In this document: positions 63,037 through 64,000 of the stretch, in pieces
How the letters are laid out: the number at the start of each line of letters is the position of its first letter
Numbering within the stretch: position 1 is the first letter of the stretch
Assembly: GCA_965203295.1 (NCBI GenBank)
Contig: CBDBCZ010000016.1
Coordinates: 1,408,001 to 1,472,000, forward strand
Source of the DNA: Nitrospirales bacterium
GTDB lineage: Bacteria; Nitrospirota; Nitrospiria; Nitrospirales; UBA8639
DNA length: 64,000 nt
Reading direction: 5' to 3'
The notes under the pieces: generated by a model
What the model was told of the DNA's origin: nothing
The model's input: the letters and a program-made list of their open reading frames with translations, nothing else
Databases searched by the model: none
Made by a program: the position numbers and the translations under genes

Positions 63037-64000
63037 TCTCTTTTTGCCAGTTGAGAAGTAGCGGATGGAGAATTGAAAGGGGTATATTTATCCACTTCGT
63101 TTAGTTAACAGTAAGATTTACTACTTTGTGACAAAAAGACTTTCATTTATATAGACTGAAAATGAATCTGCACATGTGCAGCATGCAGACCAAAAGTCCA
63201 TGGTGCAAAAAGACTTTCAAATATGGCCATAGAATGGGTTTGGGTTCAAGTGTCTCTGTAATTGACAATTGTGCCACTTGTTTGTCTTACTTGTGGGGGA
63301 ATTAGAATTTGCCCCCTCTCTCCTGTTGCCTAGCTACCAGTTTTGGTACAGCATCAAAGTGACCACACTTGGTATTCTCAGTCAGTGACGTAGCTTATTG
63401 CCTGGCAACTAGTCAAGGCTGGTAAGAATGTGTGAGTGTCCTGGGTGATTGCTTATCCATATAGGGTGTTCAAGCTCCTTCCGCTTGTTGCTGAAAGCAA
63501 AAGATGCTCTAACCTTTATAAACTGTAGCAGCATATCACTTTGCTATTTGTCCGAAAGTACATTTAGCAAGGAGAGGGCAGTCATATACTTGCATGACGA
63601 GAGTGATTATTTTTGGACCTAGCTACCTCTTCTGGAAAAGTTAATGTCTACATTTGATTATGGCTATGAGGGCAAACATCAGTTGGTAAAATCGTTTTAC
63701 ACATCCCTGTTCACATCCTTTTTTCAACTTCGTAGATTGCAAGGGACATCCTGTTAGCTATCCTATATAGCTTCACATTCTGAGCTGATTTAGAATTTAG
63801 TTTTGTAGGGATGGTTGTATATGTGAAGCTATACATGTAGATTATATTGCACAAAATGACTTGTTTTACTCACCAAAGCCACACTTCAGGCTTAGGTACC
63901 ATTAGTCTCGTGACCAGCCCCATGTTAGAAAGGTGGGTCTGGCTCCCCATATAGTCAAAGTTGGGGCAGCATTACATCATATTACATCACCAAACTGATA

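Overview
This is eukaryotic animal DNA, not prokaryotic. It most likely comes from a demosponge, inferred from the gene families and repeat style and not confirmed. (1) 0.5-12 kb: a cluster of intronless, bacterial-type short-chain dehydrogenases with Phe in place of the catalytic Tyr. It holds 4 intact copies, 1 copy split by a ~1.07 kb insertion and 2 small 3' remnants. (2) 13.1-31 kb: a tandem segmental duplication. Each unit carries an intronless ~1,070-aa receptor-like gene (signal peptide, GGA[I/L] beta-helix repeats, Cys-rich stalk, ~9-10 hydrophobic segments, ITIM-like tail), and the breakpoint lies inside ACTMAP. (3) An intronless ACTMAP/C19orf54 gene lies head-to-head, 107 bp apart, with a 32-exon PDE2-type phosphodiesterase (31996-48515). 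I reconstructed the PDE exon by exon, and many of its acceptors directly abut (CA)n microsatellites. (4) 52-64 kb: a second duplication with two secreted fibrinogen/intelectin-like genes, separated by a decayed Penelope-like RT. Scattered throughout are tiny palindromic MITEs with 9-bp target-site duplications (TSDs), strand-asymmetric hairpins with tandem GA/GA mismatches, a hammerhead-like Penelope terminus, foldback elements and satellites. All calls were made by eye and no database search was run.
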